Notes: generated by a model from the letters alone, not told the origin. A stretch of 64,000 nt of DNA from an uncultured Thermoleophilia bacterium (GCA_963715985.1 CAVQSP010000010.1:128001-192000), one strand, 5' to 3'; counted from the stretch's first letter, positions 8,935-18,755 are shown. A program made the numbers and translations.

Positions 8935-9453
8935 ATGGATGGCGAACAGTCAGCACGAGGGGGTCTGCCGGCGGGCGTGAGCGCCGGCATCCTCGCTACG
9001 GTCACGATGGACGCAGCCATGGTCGTGGCGGCGCTCCTGGCGCCCGGGACTTTCGCCACCGACAAGGTCGGTCTCGACGTGATCGGCAGGTGGGCAGAGG
9101 GCTTGGCCCGGGGTCGCCTTCGCAGCCCCGACATCGGCGCGGAGCCGGCAGTGCGCGGAGAGGCGGTCCTGGGGCTGGCGACGCACTACCTCACGGGGAT
9201 CGTGCTCACCGAGTGCTACCTGGCTGCCACGCGCCGAGGGCTTCCCTCCGGTGCTGCGAGCGCAGGTGCGTACGGTGTCGCCACGGCGCTCCTGCCTCTC
9301 GGCATCCTCTACCCCTCGCTCGGGTACGGGTGCTGCGCCCGGAAGGTCGATGACCGGCGCCGCGTGGTGTGCGCCATGCTGCTCGGGCACGCGGCCTTCG
9401 GCGCCGGTATCGGGCTGTGGACTGCCCTCCTCCGGCGCCGCATCCGGGTCTGA
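8935..9453 (+). CDS. DUF2938-like membrane protein
   Basis: GILATVTMD...IGRW...E.VLGLATHYLTGI...GHAAFG. Confidence 0.65.
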   Translation: MDGEQSARGGLPAGVSAGILATVTMDAAMVVAALLAPGTFATDKVGLDVIGRWAEGLARGRLRSPDIGAEPAVRGEAVLGLATHYLTGIVLTECYLAATRRGLPSGAASAGAYGVATALLPLGILYPSLGYGCCARKVDDRRRVVCAMLLGHAAFGAGIGLWTALLRRRIRV

Positions 9454-9499
9454 CGGCCGCGTATCCTGCGGCGCGGCGGCCCGCTCCGCGCGCCGCGCC

Positions 9500-10015
9500 T
9501 CACCACACGAACGGGATGAAACGCCGGCGCACCTGTAGCCGGTACGCGGCGTAGCCCCCATAGCGCTGGAGCAGCCAGGTCTCCTCGCGCCGCCGCTTGG
9601 CCTCCAGGAAGACCGCGGCCACGCCCAGCGGCAGCAGCGCGAGTGGCGAAGAGAGCAGAGCCCACCCCAACAGAAGCAGCAGTGCGCCGCCGTACATGGG
9701 GTGACGGACGTGCTCGTAGACGCCCGACCGTCGCAGCGCGCCGTCGTCCACCGGCCTCGGGAACGGCGTGAGCTGCCGCCCGAGGCCGGCGCCGCCGGCA
9801 AGCAGAAGTCCGATCCCGGCCAGGGCGGCGGCGACCCCCGCGGCCGCGAGCCAGGGGCTCGCGGAGGGCGGCCAGGCCGCCCCCATCAGTCCGCAGCCGA
9901 CGGCCGCGACCAGTAGGAGCCCCTGGCCGGCGACCCAGCCTCCGCCGCGGCGGCCGAGCGCTGGGAGCCGGGTGCGTGCGGCGGTCGTCACGCCGCTCGG
10001 ACCGCCGCTCATCAC
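9500..10015 (-). CDS. Isoprenylcysteine carboxyl methyltransferase-family membrane protein
   Basis: GVYEHVRHPMY motif, KRRREETWL...YAAY...RRFIP. Confidence 0.85.
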   Translation of the reverse strand: MMSGGPSGVTTAARTRLPALGRRGGGWVAGQGLLLVAAVGCGLMGAAWPPSASPWLAAAGVAAALAGIGLLLAGGAGLGRQLTPFPRPVDDGALRRSGVYEHVRHPMYGGALLLLLGWALLSSPLALLPLGVAAVFLEAKRRREETWLLQRYGGYAAYRLQVRRRFIPFVW

Positions 10016-10395
10016 GCTGCCCCGTTGACCGGCGCGCCGCCGTTGAGGGGCGCCGCGCCCGGCTGCTGCCCCTGATCACCGCGGTGACTCCGTTTCGACA
10101 CGGCGGTCACCAGCACCGTCAGCCCGACTGCAAGCGCGAGGCCGGACCACACGATCGTGTCACTCGTCCATCCCTGCGCGTCGGCGAGCAGCGCCACGCC
10201 GAACGCCGCGCACACGACTCCCAGCGCCGTGAGGCGCCTGGCTGCCGCCATCTCGACCAGCGGCCAGCCGATCACCGCCAGAGGCCACCACCGGCCGATG
10301 GTCTGGGTCGAGTCCACGACCCCGGCGGCGTCCAGCAGGCCGCATACCCCTACGGCCACCAGCACGATCCCCAGCCACACTGATCCCGGTTTCAT
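10012..10395 (-). CDS. LiaF/LiaI-like small membrane protein
   Basis: WLGIVLVAVG...RWWPL and four hydrophobic segments. Confidence 0.55.
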   Translation of the reverse strand: MKPGSVWLGIVLVAVGVCGLLDAAGVVDSTQTIGRWWPLAVIGWPLVEMAAARRLTALGVVCAAFGVALLADAQGWTSDTIVWSGLALAVGLTVLVTAVSKRSHRGDQGQQPGAAPLNGGAPVNGAA

Positions 10396-10426
10396 TCGAC
10401 GTCATCCTTTCTCTTGCGTGGGACAG

Positions 10427-10453
10427 TTCGATACTTCGATGAGTATCGAAGTA
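10427..10453. promoter_or_regulatory. Inverted-repeat operator, likely ArsR
   Basis: TTCGATACT-N6-AGTATCGAA overlapping TACTTCGAT-N4-ATCGAAGTA; shares GATACTTCGAT with the site at 10788. Confidence 0.6.
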
Positions 10454-10481
10454 CAGGGCGAAAAAAAGGGGCGCCTGGTCT

Positions 10482-10775
10482 TCACGCCGGCGCGCCTCTC
10501 GAGAACGACTCCAGCTCGCGCAGCACCTGCTGGTCGACCCAGCAGTGCAGCCTTTGTCCGCGCTTCTCGCAGGTGATGAGCCCCGAGCTGCGGAGCTCCT
10601 TGACGTGGTGAGACACCGTCGAGAGCGACAACCCGAAGCGTTCGGCGATCTGTGACAGGCTGTCGGAGACTTCGTCGTCGGTGCAGCCCTCACTGGTGCA
10701 GTCGCGCACCAGCTCGAAGATGGCCAGGCGCGTGGGGTCGCCGAGCGCCTTGAACACTTTGGCCATGTCCGTCAT
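10482..10775 (-). CDS. ArsR-family regulator
   Basis: FKALGDPTRLAIF...DCTSEGC...STVSHHVKELRSSGLI. Confidence 0.9.
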   Translation of the reverse strand: MTDMAKVFKALGDPTRLAIFELVRDCTSEGCTDDEVSDSLSQIAERFGLSLSTVSHHVKELRSSGLITCEKRGQRLHCWVDQQVLRELESFSRGAPA

Positions 10776-10788
10776 GTGAGGTCCTCCG

Positions 10789-10820
10789 ATACTTCGATAC
10801 TTATCGAATAATCGAAGTAT
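10789..10820. promoter_or_regulatory. Inverted-repeat operator upstream of arsR
   Basis: ATACTTCGAT-N12-ATCGAAGTAT containing TTCGATA-CT-TATCGAA. Confidence 0.6.
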
Positions 10821-10942
10821 AGGGCATCGCGTCGCGTTGTCAATACCGAGGGTCGTGCAGCCGTGGCGTCCGTCGGGCCGGCGGGGTAGGCTCCTCGGGG
10901 CAGAGGACGGGGACCCCGATGACCGACGAGGAGGGTGGGAGC

Positions 10943-11295
10943 ATGACGGAGCGACTCATCTCAGCCTGTGGGCTGGTCTGCAGCGAGTGCGACGCGTTCC
11001 TGGCGACCCAGGCCGGCGACGCGGCCGCCATCGAGCGGGTGGCGGCGCAGTGGAGCGAGCAGTTCGGCGCCACCATTCCCGCTGCCGGCGTGTGGTGTGA
11101 CGGCTGCATGACTGGTGGCGAGCGCCGCTGCGGGCACGTGGACGAGTGCAAGATCAGGGCCTGCGTGGTCGGCCGGAGCCTGGCGAACTGCGCCGGTTGC
11201 ACGACTACGTGTGCAGCATGCTCGAGGAGTTCCTCGGGTTCGCCGCGGAGTCGGGCGCGCGGGAGACGCTCGAGTCGCTGCGCACCGGATCGTGA
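10943..11295 (+). CDS. DUF3795 Cys-rich protein, frameshifted near 11200
   Basis: ACGLVCSEC...CDGC...C..RACV...NCAGC; continues DYVCSMLEEF...* in another frame. Confidence 0.7.
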
Positions 11296-11302
11296 ACCGC
11301 CG

Positions 11303-11899
11303 GTGACGACGTTGGTCGCACTGCTCCGGGCCGTCAACGTCTCCGGACAGAACAGGGTGCCGATGGCGGAGCTGCGCGTCGCGCTCGAGAGCGCAGGTGT
11401 GCGCTCGGCCGAGACGTATGTGCAGAGCGGCAATGTGGTCTTCGATGCGGATGGTGACTCCGCGTCAGCGCAGGCGGCGACCGTGCACGATGCCATCGAG
11501 ACTGCGTTCGGTCACGATGTGGCGGTCATCGCGCTGACCGCGGCGGAACTGGCGGACGTGGCCGGCGGGAATCCGTTCCTGGCGGCCGAGGGGGCTGACA
11601 CGGCCTCGGACGTCGCGTCGGCCGCGGCCGCCCCGGGCGTGGACGCGAAGACCTTGCATGTGACGTTCCTCGAGCGGCCGGTGGAGGAGGCCGCGTTCCG
11701 CGACCTCCAGCTTCCGGTCGCGCCCGGCGAGGCGGCCGCCTTGGCGCCTGGCGGCGGCTGCATCTACCTGCACTTGCCCCACGGCTACGGCGGCACCAGG
11801 CTGAGCAACGCCTGGTTCGAACGCGCGCTCAGGGTCCGCGCCACCACCAGGAACTGGCGCACGGTGCTGGCTCTGGCCGGGATGAGCGCGCGCGACTGA
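11303..11899 (+). CDS. DUF1697 protein
   Basis: VALLRAVNVSG.NRVPMAELR...TYVQSGNVVF...ATTRNWRTV. Confidence 0.85.
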   Translation: MTTLVALLRAVNVSGQNRVPMAELRVALESAGVRSAETYVQSGNVVFDADGDSASAQAATVHDAIETAFGHDVAVIALTAAELADVAGGNPFLAAEGADTASDVASAAAAPGVDAKTLHVTFLERPVEEAAFRDLQLPVAPGEAAALAPGGGCIYLHLPHGYGGTRLSNAWFERALRVRATTRNWRTVLALAGMSARD

Positions 11900-11920
11900 C
11901 GCGCTCCGCTCGCGCGCGAC

Positions 11921-12300
11921 TCAACCAGCCGTCGCGACCGCGCGCTCCTCATCGCTGAGCGTCGCCAGCCGCTCCAACTCAGCGACGTCGACCCCCACGC
12001 CCTTGGCCACGCGCCGGCCGTACTCGGGGTCGGCCTTGGAGAGGACGGCGCACTGCCGCAGGCGGATGCGCACCTGCGCGTTCACGAGGTGCCCCGCGAC
12101 GTTGCTCACGAGGTGGTCGCGGTCCTCGTCCGTCACCACGTCGCGGTACAGCATCCCGGCCTGCAACATCTTGTCGTTGGACGGGCCGATGCCGGGGACG
12201 AAGTTGCCGGGCTGAACGCGGCCTGGTCGGCCTCCGCGAAGTAGTCCTCCGGGTTCCTGTCCAGTACCAGCCGCCCGAAGGTGAGCGGCGGGTAGACTTG
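11921..12300 (-). pseudogene. Monofunctional heme catalase remnant
   Basis: [23 protein letters not shown] / [16 protein letters not shown] joined directly to the C-terminal AGMLYR...LVSNVAGHL...ADPEYGRRVAKG. Confidence 0.8.
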
Positions 12301-12391
12301 CCGTCACGGGCCCAGTCCGATCCACGCAGGGAGCGGAGATGACAGCGACGGCAGAAGCGTCCACAGGCAGCGAGCGACGAGGGCGCCGGCC

Positions 12392-13222
12392 GTGACCGGG
12401 TGGGAGCCTGAGCGGAGCGACTGGGACGCGGCCGACTACGTGGCGCACTCGGCCGCGCAGCAGGCGTGGGCGCGCGAGCTGATCGAGAAGCTGCGGCTGC
12501 GCGGCGACGAGAGCGTGCTGGACATCGGCTGCGGCGACGGTCGCGCCACGGCGATGATCGCCGAGCGGCTGCCTTACGGCAGCGCCCTCGGCATCGACAA
12601 CTCGCCGAGCATGATCGCCAAGGCGCGCGAGCAGTTCCCGCCGGAGGACGGCGGCGGGCGCGGCCGGGCCCGCGAACCTCAGCTTCCGTCTGATGGACGC
12701 GCGGGCTCTGGACCTGCCGCCCGCCTTCGACGTGGCCTTCTCCACGGCCGCGCTGCACTGGATACCGGATCACGTGGCGATCCTGCGCGGCGTGCGCGCA
12801 GCGCTGCGGCCCGGCGGCCGCCTGCTCTTCCAGATGGGCGGCCGCGGCAACATCACGGAGGCGCTCGCCGTGGTGGAGGAGGTCATCGCGCCGCCCGCGC
12901 TGGCGCGGCTTCTTCGCGGGCTTCGTGCCGCCGCACCACTTCTTCGGGCCCGAGGAGTACGAGGTCTGGCTGCCTGCGGCCGGCTTCGAGCTGACGCGCG
13001 TCGAGCTCTTCCCGCGCGACATGCCGCACGCCGGCCGCGCCGCCTTTCTCGGCTGGCTGCGCACCACCTGGTTCACGTACATCGAGCGCGTGCCGCCGGA
13101 GCTGGCTGGCGCGCTTCGTTGACGAGGTCGCGGACACCTACGAGGCCGCGCGTCCGCCGGACGCCGACGGCGTGTACCGCGTGCGGCTGGTGCGGCTCGA
13201 GGTGGAGGCGCGCGCCGTTTGA
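12392..13222 (+). CDS. Class I SAM methyltransferase (Tam-like) with several frameshifts
   Basis: WDAADY..HS..Q, VLDIGCGDG, FDVAFSTAALHWI, LRPGGRL across frames. Confidence 0.7.
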
Positions 13223-13257
13223 GAGCCGGGTATCACTCGGCCGCACGGCACCGGCAG

Positions 13258-13819
13258 TGACGAAGGCGAGGCTGGAGGCAGAAGGTGGACGACGCACAGG
13301 TCATCAAGGCGACGGGCAAGTCGCTGGGCGACTGGTTCGCGATCCTCGACGACGGGCTGCGGACGCACGTTGCCCCACAAGGAGCTCGCTCGGCTGCTGC
13401 ACGACGACCTCGGCGTGCCGAGCTGGTGGAGTCAGATGGTGACCGTGGAGTACGAGCGAGAGATCGGCCGTCGCGAGACCGGCCAGTCGGAGAGCGGCGA
13501 GTACACGACCACAGTGAGCAGGACGCTTCCAGGCACCATGGACCAGGCGCTCGATCGCTGGCTCGCGCGGCTGCCGGCGGATGAGCAGAGGGCCGCATTC
13601 GACGGCGTGTCCTTCGCGGCCGAGCCCACCATCAGCCGTACCGAGAAGTGGCGCTACTGGCGCGTCCCACTCGCCGACGGATCCAGGGTGACGGTCTACA
13701 TCTCGGCCAAGCCTGCCGGTGGGGCTGCTCTCTTGGCCGTGGAGACCGCCAAGCTCTCCAGCAGGGACGACATCGCGCGGTGGAAGAGCTTCTGGAAGGC
13801 GTACCTGTCCGAGCTCTGA
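13258..13819 (+). CDS. DUF4287-like hypothetical protein, frameshifted
   Basis: DAQVIKATGKSLGDWFAILD / HKELARLL...WWSQMVTVEYER..GRR.TGQ. Confidence 0.55.
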
Positions 13820-13849
13820 TCGGGCGCCACCACGACCGAGTCGTTCACA

Positions 13850-14075
13850 CCCCCGGTGCCTCCGTCTTCACCGGAGAGGCGCCCAGGGTCAGCCGTGACC
13901 AGCTCTGCCGTGAGGCGGAGGCGCTCGGCCCACGGCCGATGTCGTCGGTCAGCCGCAGGACCAAGGCAGTCGTGGCCTCCGACCCGGACGCCATCAGCGG
14001 CAAGGCACGGAGGGCGCGAGCCTGCGGCGTACCCGTGATCGACTTCGCCGCGAACTTCAGGCTGCGCGACCGCAT
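13850..14075 (+). pseudogene. BRCT-domain fragment
   Basis: VFTG...SRDQL..EAEALG....SVSRRTKAVVA.DPD..SGKARRAR..GVPVI; no convincing start. Confidence 0.55.
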
Positions 14076-14114
14076 TCGCGCGGACGCTGTGAGTACGAGG
14101 CCAGGAGGACACCG

Positions 14115-14373
14115 ATGAGCGACCCCACGACTTCAGCGGACGATCGGCCGTCCGGCGAGACCGTCACGGACGAGACCGATCAGGAGGCGGCGCCCGACGA
14201 TCCCTCGACGGGGACCGCGTACCTGGGCATGGGCGTCACGATCGGCATCGGCACAGGGATCGGCATCGCTCTCGGCGCGGCGCTGGGCAACGTGGCGCTT
14301 GGGGTCGGCACTTGGCGCCGGGTTGGGGACCGTCGTCGGCGCCATCCTGGAGTCCGGCCGCAAGCGTCACTGA
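14115..14373 (+). CDS. Small Gly-rich membrane protein, frameshift near the 3' end
   Basis: AGGAGG RBS; YLGMGVTIGIGTGIGIALGAALGNVALGVG. Confidence 0.5.
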
Positions 14374-14471
14374 CGGCGAGCACTCTCCCGCTCCTTGACA
14401 GATCGTCTCGTCACGCCCATGATATACCAAGAAACCAGAATCGTTTACAGGTATTACAGGGGAGCATCCGC

Positions 14472-15089
14472 ATGCCGGCGACCAAGGACGAGATCGCGCA
14501 GACCTTCATGGGCCTGGCCGTTCGCTACGGCTTTCGCCGCACGGCGGTGGAGGACGTCGCCAAGGCGCTGCGCATCTCCAAGAAGACCATCTATGAGTAC
14601 TTCCCCAGCAAGGACGCCATGCTCGAGTACGCCCTTGAGCTGGCTGCGATCGAGCAACGCCGGCGCGTCGAGTCGCTGCTCACCGAGACCACGGCGCTCG
14701 GCCGCTCTCTCGAGGTCACGCGCATCGCGCTCGCGGACGCGCGAGCGGGATTCGAGCAGAACCCGCATGTGGAGCTGGCCGAGCCGGCCGAGCTCCAGAC
14801 TCGCGTCAACGACCGTGTGTACGGCCCCATGATCGTCGACCTCCTCGAGCAGGGTGTAGCAGCGGGGGAGTTCGAGGTCGCCGACCTCGACCTGACGAGC
14901 CGGTTCGTGCAGGCGATCGGCATGGAGGCGGTGCGGCAGATCCACGACGATCTCGCGAGTCATCCCGAGGAGGCGACCGTCCAGGCGATACGACGGCTGA
15001 TCACCGGCGGGAGCGGGGCGCCGGAGTCCGGGCCTTCGACCGCGCCGATGCCCGCCACCAAGAAGAGCAAGAAGACAAAGAAGAGATGA
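14472..15089 (+). CDS. TetR/AcrR-family regulator
   Basis: YGFRRTAVEDVAKALRISKKTIYEYFPSKD; GGGAG RBS; TTGACA at 14395. Confidence 0.9.
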   Translation: MPATKDEIAQTFMGLAVRYGFRRTAVEDVAKALRISKKTIYEYFPSKDAMLEYALELAAIEQRRRVESLLTETTALGRSLEVTRIALADARAGFEQNPHVELAEPAELQTRVNDRVYGPMIVDLLEQGVAAGEFEVADLDLTSRFVQAIGMEAVRQIHDDLASHPEEATVQAIRRLITGGSGAPESGPSTAPMPATKKSKKTKKR

Positions 15090-15102
15090 TGAGGTGAGGA
15101 CG

Positions 15103-15636
15103 ATGACGCAGGTGCTGGTCGCATACGGGACACGGTACGGATCTACGTGCGAGGTCGCTGAGGCGGTGGCCGCAACGCTCGAGGAACAGGGCATCGACTC
15201 GGACGTGAAGAATGCGAGGGAGGTGCACTCGCTGGACGGCTACGACGCCGTCGTGCTCGGCACGCCGCTCTACATGGGCGCGCTGCACAAAGACGTCCGC
15301 GCCCTGCTCGAGAAGAACCGGGAGGCGCTCGAGCGCACGCCGTTCGCGCTCTTCGCGCTCGGGCCGATCAAGGCTGACGACGGCGTCGACGGCTCGCGCG
15401 CGCAGCTCATCGAGGCGCTGGCCAAGCTGCCGGTGCCGACTCCGGCCTCCACGGCCGTCTTCGTCGGCGCCTACGACCCGGCGCGGCTCGGGTTCAAGGA
15501 CAAGATGATCACCGCACTGCCGGCTTCGCCGTTGCACGGCGAGACGGCTCATGATGAGCGGGACTGGGATGCGATCCGTGCGTGGGCGCGAGGGCTGCCC
15601 GCCGGGCTCGAAGCGCTGGTCCCGACGCCCTGGTGA
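15103..15636 (+). CDS. Flavodoxin-domain protein (HemG-like)
   Basis: VLVAYGTRYGST.EVAE...YDAVVLG.PLYMG...DERDWDAIRAWA. Confidence 0.85.
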   Translation: MTQVLVAYGTRYGSTCEVAEAVAATLEEQGIDSDVKNAREVHSLDGYDAVVLGTPLYMGALHKDVRALLEKNREALERTPFALFALGPIKADDGVDGSRAQLIEALAKLPVPTPASTAVFVGAYDPARLGFKDKMITALPASPLHGETAHDERDWDAIRAWARGLPAGLEALVPTPW

Positions 15637-15859
15637 GCCCGATCTCCTGAGCTGGATGGTCGGCGAGCGTGAGCACGCTGCCGGGCACCGGCCGAACGTC
15701 ACCCTGGGCGGGTGCGACGGCGGCAGGTACTGTCCGATGACGGCAATCAGTCTCCTGCGCGCCCGCGGCGACGACCACCGAAGGCTCCCATCCGTTCCGC
15801 ATCAATTGTGGCACACTCCAATCAGGATACCGGCTGGATCTGAAGCGGAGCACCGACCC

Positions 15860-16188
15860 TCAAGGTCGTCTTCTACCGCTCTGATGCCGGCAACGAGCCA
15901 GTGCGTGAGTGGCTTCTGGGTCTGAGTCGGGCGGACCGCAAGACGATCGGCCAGGACGTCAAGACGGCGCAGCACGGATGGCCGCTGGGGATGCCGCTCA
16001 TCCGCAAGGTGGCGCCTCGATTGTGGGAAGTGCGGTCGCACATTGCCGACGGCGTGGCAAGGGTGGTATTCACCGTCGACGGGAGTGCGATGGTCTTGCT
16101 CCGCGGCTTCGTCAAGAAGTCCCGGAAGATGCCCGCGGCGGAGCTCAGGACGTCCCAGCAGCGCCTGGCCAGGCTTGATGAGGAGTGA
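15860..16188 (+). CDS. RelE/ParE (Gp49/HigB-like) toxin; start uncertain
   Basis: KVVFYRSDAGNEPVREWL...IGQDVKTAQHGWPLGMPLIRK...LWEVRS...GFVKKSRKMP. Confidence 0.8.
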
Positions 16189-16192
16189 CGCG

Positions 16193-16473
16193 ATGAAGCA
16201 ACAGCATCTCGGGGGGGACTTCGACGAGTTCCTGCGGGCAGAGGGCCTCCTTGACGACGCGGAAGCGACGGCAGCGAAGCGGGTGATCGCCTTCCAGATC
16301 GCCGAGGAGATGAGGCGTGCCCGTGTGACCAAGTCGGAGATGGCTACCGCATGAAGACCAGCCGGCCGGCGGTGGATCGCCTGCTCGACCCGAAGAATCG
16401 GTCGGTGACGTTGTCGACGCTGGAGCGCGCTGCCTCGGCGGTCGGCAAGAAGCTCGGGATCGAGCTGATGTGA
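16193..16473 (+). CDS. XRE/HigA-like antitoxin, 1-nt frameshift at about 16348
   Basis: HLGGDFDEFL.AEG...AKRVIAFQI...TKSEMA / RMKTSRPAVDRLLDP.N.SVTL.TLERAA. Confidence 0.8.
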
Positions 16474-16527
16474 CCACTCCGGTCTGGGCTTGCCTCGCCG
16501 GCGGACCGCTCACCGGCCAGGACTGTT

Positions 16528-16553
16528 TACTTAGCGCTCACTAATGGTATACT
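16528..16553 (+). promoter_or_regulatory. TetR operator-like site and -10 of a leaderless tetR
   Basis: ACTTAGCGCTCACTAA followed by TATACT-N7-ATG; a related inverted site at about 17229-17244 precedes the MFS gene. Confidence 0.55.
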
Positions 16554-16560
16554 GCTCGCC

Positions 16561-17242
16561 ATGAAAGCCACGACACGCATCAGCAAGGAAGACCGGCGGC
16601 GTGAGATCGTCGAGGCCGCCGTTCGTGAGTTCGCCGTCGGCGGCCTCCGCGGCACGCCGGTGGACGCGATCGCGAAGCAGGTCGGCGTCTCTCAGCCGTA
16701 CCTCTTCCAGCTGTTCGGTACCAAGAAGGCACTCTTCATGGCCGCGGTGCAGCGCACGTTCGAGCGCACCATCGCGGTGTTCCGCACGGCCGCCGCCGAG
16801 GCGGGCGAAGACGCCGGCCCCGACGACATCCTCATGGCGATGGGCACGGCGTACCAGCGCCTGCTCGACGACCGCAGTCTCCTGCTCATGCAGATGCAGG
16901 CGTACGCGGCCTGCGCAGGACCAGGAGATCCGCGACCTCGTGCGCGAGGAGATGCTGCGCCTCGTGGGCTTCGTGCAGTCGGCCTCAGGCGCGCAGGAGA
17001 CAGCCGTGCGCGAGTGGCTCGCCTACGGCATGCTGATGAACGTGGTCGCCGCGATGGATCTCACCGACGTGGACGCCGACTGGGCCCGCATGATGTGCCC
17101 CGTCACCGGCACCGCGCTGGCAGCCATGGCGGTAGACGCCGTCGGCAAGGAGGACGCGCACGAAGTAGACACGGGCCGGGCGTTCGGCTCGCAGGCCGGA
17201 CCCGGCCTCTCTTTTGGTCGTCAGGAAGTAAGCGAGTACTAA
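16561..17242 (+). CDS. TetR-family regulator, frameshift near 16918
   Basis: EFAVGGLRGTPVDAIAKQVGVSQPYLFQLFGTKK...QMQAYAAC / DQEIRDLVR...AYGMLMNV. Confidence 0.8.
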
Positions 17243-17294
17243 GTCACTACAGTGGCTGGGCAACGAGATCGGCCCCACAGGGCCGGCGAGGGAG

Positions 17295-18755
17295 ATGAGA
17301 GAAATGAGTGCACGAGCCGCAACGTTCTGGACCTTCGTGGTCACCAGCGTCGCCATCTTCATGGTGTCGCTGGACAACCTGGTCGTGACCACCGCGCTGC
17401 CGGTGATCAAGGCCGACCTCGGCGCCTCGCTCTCGGGGCTCGAGTGGACGGTGAACGCGTACACCTTGACGTTCGCCGTCTTGCTCCTCACCGGCGCCGC
17501 GCTGGGCGACCGCTTCGGGCGCAAGCGGATGTTCCTTGTGGGTCTTGCGGTCTTCACCGCCGGTTCCGCGGCGGCCGCCCTCGCGCCGAGCATCGAGTGG
17601 CTCATCGCCGCCCGGGCCCTGCAGGGCGTCGGCGGTGCGATCGTCACCCCACTCACCCTGACCATCCTCTCAGGCGCCGTTCCTCCCGCCCGTCGCGGCA
17701 TGGCGCTCGGCATCTGGGGCGGCATCAGCGGCCTGGCCGTCGCGCTCGGCCCGGTGGTCGGCGGCGCCGTCGTCGAAGGCCTCTCCTGGCAGTGGATCTT
17801 CTGGCTCAACGTCCCCATCGGCGTCGTCCTGCTGCCCATCGCCTGGAGGCGGCTGAGCGAGTCCAAGGGCCCCAACCGCTCGCTCGACCTGCCCGGCCTC
17901 GGCCTGGCCAGCGTCGGCCTGCTCGGCATCGTGTGGGGTCTGGTGCGCGGCAACGAGCACGGCTGGACGAGCCTCGGCGTGGCCGGCCCGATCGCCGCCG
18001 GCATAGTGCTGCTCGGAGCTTTCGTCCTCTGGGAGCGCCGCACGCCGGAGCCGATGGTGCCCCTGCGCTTCTTCCGTAGCCGCGCCTTCTCCGCCGCCAA
18101 CATCACGTCCCTGCTTATGAGCTTCGGGATGTTCGGGTCAATCTTCCTGCTGGCGCAGTTCTTCCAGGTGGTGCAGGGGTACTCGCCGCTCGAGGCCGGG
18201 ATCCGCACCCTGCCCTGGACGGCGATGCCCATCATCGTGGCGCCCATCGCCGGACTGATGAGCGATCGCATCGGCGCCCGTCCGCTCATCGTGGCCGGCA
18301 TGGCCCTGATGGCCGTCGGGCTCGCCTGGATGGCGGTGGTCACCTCCCCGACGGTGGCCTACGCGGAGCTCGTCCCCGCCTTCGTCATGGCCGGCGTCGG
18401 CATGAGCCTCTACTTCGCGCCCGTCGCCAACCTGGTCCTGAGCACCGTGCGGCGCAAGGAAGAGGGCAAGGCCAGCGGCGTGAACAACACCATCCGTGAA
18501 GTCGGCGGCGTGTTCGGTGTGGCCGTGCTGGCGAGCGTGTTCAGCGCCGCCGGGAGCTACCTGAGCCCGCAGGCCTTCGTGGACGGGATGATCCCGGCGA
18601 TCTGGGTCGGCGCGGCGGCGGTGGCGCTGGCGGCCGTGTCGGCCGTCGCGATCCCGCCGCGACAGGACGTGGTGCCCGACTCGGTATCGCTGCTCGAACG
18701 CGGTGAGCGCGGGAGCGACGGCGTCCAGGCGTGCGAACCGGAGGCAGCTGCTTGA
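17295..18755 (+). CDS. DHA2 (EmrB/QacA) MFS efflux permease
   Basis: SLDNLVVTTALP, WTVNAYTL, GDRFGRKR motif A, about 14 hydrophobic segments. Confidence 0.9.
   Translation: MREMSARAATFWTFVVTSVAIFMVSLDNLVVTTALPVIKADLGASLSGLEWTVNAYTLTFAVLLLTGAALGDRFGRKRMFLVGLAVFTAGSAAAALAPSIEWLIAARALQGVGGAIVTPLTLTILSGAVPPARRGMALGIWGGISGLAVALGPVVGGAVVEGLSWQWIFWLNVPIGVVLLPIAWRRLSESKGPNRSLDLPGLGLASVGLLGIVWGLVRGNEHGWTSLGVAGPIAAGIVLLGAFVLWERRTPEPMVPLRFFRSRAFSAANITSLLMSFGMFGSIFLLAQFFQVVQGYSPLEAGIRTLPWTAMPIIVAPIAGLMSDRIGARPLIVAGMALMAVGLAWMAVVTSPTVAYAELVPAFVMAGVGMSLYFAPVANLVLSTVRRKEEGKASGVNNTIREVGGVFGVAVLASVFSAAGSYLSPQAFVDGMIPAIWVGAAAVALAAVSAVAIPPRQDVVPDSVSLLERGERGSDGVQACEPEAAA

Noticed and set aside
10919-11899. DUF3795-DUF1697 fusion in the ORF track
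   Set aside because: A frameshift near 11200 causes it. DUF3795 has its own stop at 11295 and DUF1697 its own GTG at 11303.
14115-15089. Membrane domain-TetR fusion in the ORF track
   Set aside because: The linker is a promoter region (TTGACA at 14395) and the TetR has its own RBS and ATG at 14472. The read-through comes from a frameshift.
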